A stretch of DNA of 64,000 bases from Rhizobiaceae bacterium (GTDB taxonomy: Bacteria; Pseudomonadota; Alphaproteobacteria; Rhizobiales; Rhizobiaceae), in the NCBI GenBank assembly GCA_051960255.1, contig JBQCEL010000191.1, positions 2,604 to 66,603 on the forward strand, in the 5' to 3' direction. Shown in pieces: positions 60,545-64,000 of the stretch. The number at the start of each line of letters is the position of its first letter. Position 1 is the stretch's first letter. The notes under the pieces are model-generated. The model ran no database searches and was not told the DNA's origin. It worked only from the letters and a program-made list of their open reading frames with translations. A program made the position numbers and the translations under genes.

Positions 60545-61726
60545 ATGATCGGTGGCGTTCTGATTGGTCTGCTCAATCCGCTGCTCGCGACGGCTTGCGC
60601 TGCAATCTTTGCGGTCTTGTGGAAGGGATGGTGGCCCAAGGCTTACGTGGCCGAGTTTTCGCTCGGCTTTCTTCTCTATGCGGCAGCTTTCCTGCTGCAG
60701 AATTTTCCGCTCTTTGGCGATCCCGCCAACGCGCTGATCTCCAACGTGGCGATTACCTGTTTCTTTTTCCTGATGGCCCACGCCATCCTGAAGCGGGTGG
60801 GGCTGCCGGCGCCCTTCGCCGGGCTGACCTGCATTGCCGGCGTCGGGTACGCGTTTCTCCTATGGTTCATGTTCATGGACCGCGACATGACGGGCAGGAT
60901 CCTCTCCGCCAATTTCATGTATGGAGCCATGCTTTTCGTGATCGCCTGGCCGCTTGCGGGTCTGAGGGACAGGAAGCTGGCGGATAGCGTGCTGCTGACG
61001 ATCCTGCTGGTCTGCGGTTGCTATGTCGGTATCCGCACCATGAGCATGGTCGCGGTCGATGGCCATATCGTCAGTTTGGACCAATATACATCCTCGCTGA
61101 CGAAGCTGGTGCTCGATTTCTCTTCCGCGCTGTTTTCCCTCGCGGTTGCGTTCACGCTGATTTCGGCCATCATCGTCGACATAATCGAGGATTTGCGGGA
61201 AACATCGCGCACCGATCCGCTATCGGGCCTGCTCAATCGAAGAGGATTCGAGGAAAGGCTCAGCGGCGTCCTGAAGCGGCATGGACGACTGGGGACGCCG
61301 CTGGCGCTCGTCATTTGCGATCTCGACCACTTCAAATCAATCAACGACCGCTTCGGCCATGCCTGCGGCGACAGGGTCATCGCCGCCTTCGGGAAAATCT
61401 TGAGAGAGGCTACGCCGAACGGCGTGGCGGGACGTCTCGGCGGGGAGGAATTCGTGACCGTACTTCCCGATACGAACCTTCACGGCGCGCGGCTTTTTGG
61501 CCAGTCGCTGCGGCTGGCTGTCTCAGGCATGCGGATTGCCGGATTGCCGGAAGATTGCCGTGTCACCGCAAGCTTCGGCATTGCCGAAATGTCGTCGGGT
61601 GAAAGCCTGGAAAGGCTGCTCCGCCGCGCCGACATGGCGCTGCTTCAGGCGAAGCGGAACGGCCGCGACCGCGTGCAGGCGAGCGAAGCTGCAAGCGATA
61701 GGGGACAGGTTTCGGCGGTCGGGTGA
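60545..61726 (+). CDS. Membrane-bound diguanylate cyclase (GGDEF)
   Basis: Multiple TM segments, TDPLSGLLNRR, DLDHFKSIND, GRLGGEEF. Confidence 0.92.
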   Translation: MIGGVLIGLLNPLLATACAAIFAVLWKGWWPKAYVAEFSLGFLLYAAAFLLQNFPLFGDPANALISNVAITCFFFLMAHAILKRVGLPAPFAGLTCIAGVGYAFLLWFMFMDRDMTGRILSANFMYGAMLFVIAWPLAGLRDRKLADSVLLTILLVCGCYVGIRTMSMVAVDGHIVSLDQYTSSLTKLVLDFSSALFSLAVAFTLISAIIVDIIEDLRETSRTDPLSGLLNRRGFEERLSGVLKRHGRLGTPLALVICDLDHFKSINDRFGHACGDRVIAAFGKILREATPNGVAGRLGGEEFVTVLPDTNLHGARLFGQSLRLAVSGMRIAGLPEDCRVTASFGIAEMSSGESLERLLRRADMALLQAKRNGRDRVQASEAASDRGQVSAVG

Positions 61727-61885
61727 ATTCGGAAAGAGAATTATGCGTCTTTCGCGGGCTTGCCTTGCCAGTATCGCGATAGACCGCAGTGCTTTGGTTC
61801 ACCATCGTGTCGCAATGCAGGCGGGGTCGCATCTTGGATGAAAGGCTGGCGCAAGCATCATAGGAGGCGGTCCGGTACAGTCGCC

Positions 61886-61930
61886 AAACAAAACCAAACA
61901 AAAGCGCCGCCAGAAGTTCTCGGCGGCGCT
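61886..61930 (-). terminator. Intrinsic terminator downstream of ftsH
   Basis: AGCGCCGCC.../...GGCGGCGCT stem followed on the minus strand by TTTTGTTTGGTTTTG. Confidence 0.7.
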
Positions 61931-62119
61931 CCGACCTCGAAAAGGCGCCAACATTTCGCCCTCCGCTATGGCTCCGGGCGTTCGCTAAAAGGCCAAGTCA
62001 TTGGCTTTTCCCGGCCTTCGACCGAGCGCTCCGGCCGGGTCCGCCGCCCTCCGGCAGCTCCCGAGCGCCCCTCCCATCATGACGACGGCAGGATAGGTTT
62101 ACCTTCGGCAAGCCCGGCC

Positions 62120-64000
<1,881 letters not shown>

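Overview
GC-rich alphaproteobacterial (Rhizobiales-like) chromosome segment, mostly core genome. Left to right: FadR-linked sugar ABC transporter; terB; hemC-hemD-COG4223(Mic60-like)-hemY; tsaD-gpsA-yciI-EVE; choline-kinase-like gene divergent from a GcvT-family flavoprotein; tRNA-Gly(GCC); ProXp-ala/cnoX/LON-N/prpE; DUF1127 + WYL regulator; glmM; cNMP protein/response regulator/L,D-transpeptidase; IlvD-family dehydratase; terC; ClC-CBS + MarR; ffh-chorismate mutase-rpsP; pyc; liv ABC operon; hydroxyproline catabolic genes; mmsA + LysR; second ClC; xerC; rimM-trmD-rplS; methyltransferase; leuC; GGDEF protein; ftsH (cut by the window end). The clearest foreign DNA is about 1 kb of lower-GC sequence at the 3' end of tRNA-Gly. 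It carries an N-terminally truncated retron-type reverse transcriptase, upstream hairpins and possible integrase arm sites, and looks like a relic rather than an intact system. Other leads: a DUF1127-WYL module with a perfect 14-bp-arm palindrome, a 47-bp duplicated 3' end of mmsA, a LivG with a fused helix-hairpin-helix-like tail, and three small ORFs missing from the ORF track. No CRISPR array, rRNA or intact transposase was seen. All calls come from by-eye motif recognition; no searches were run, and many start codons were moved from the ORF track using RBS or family N-termini.
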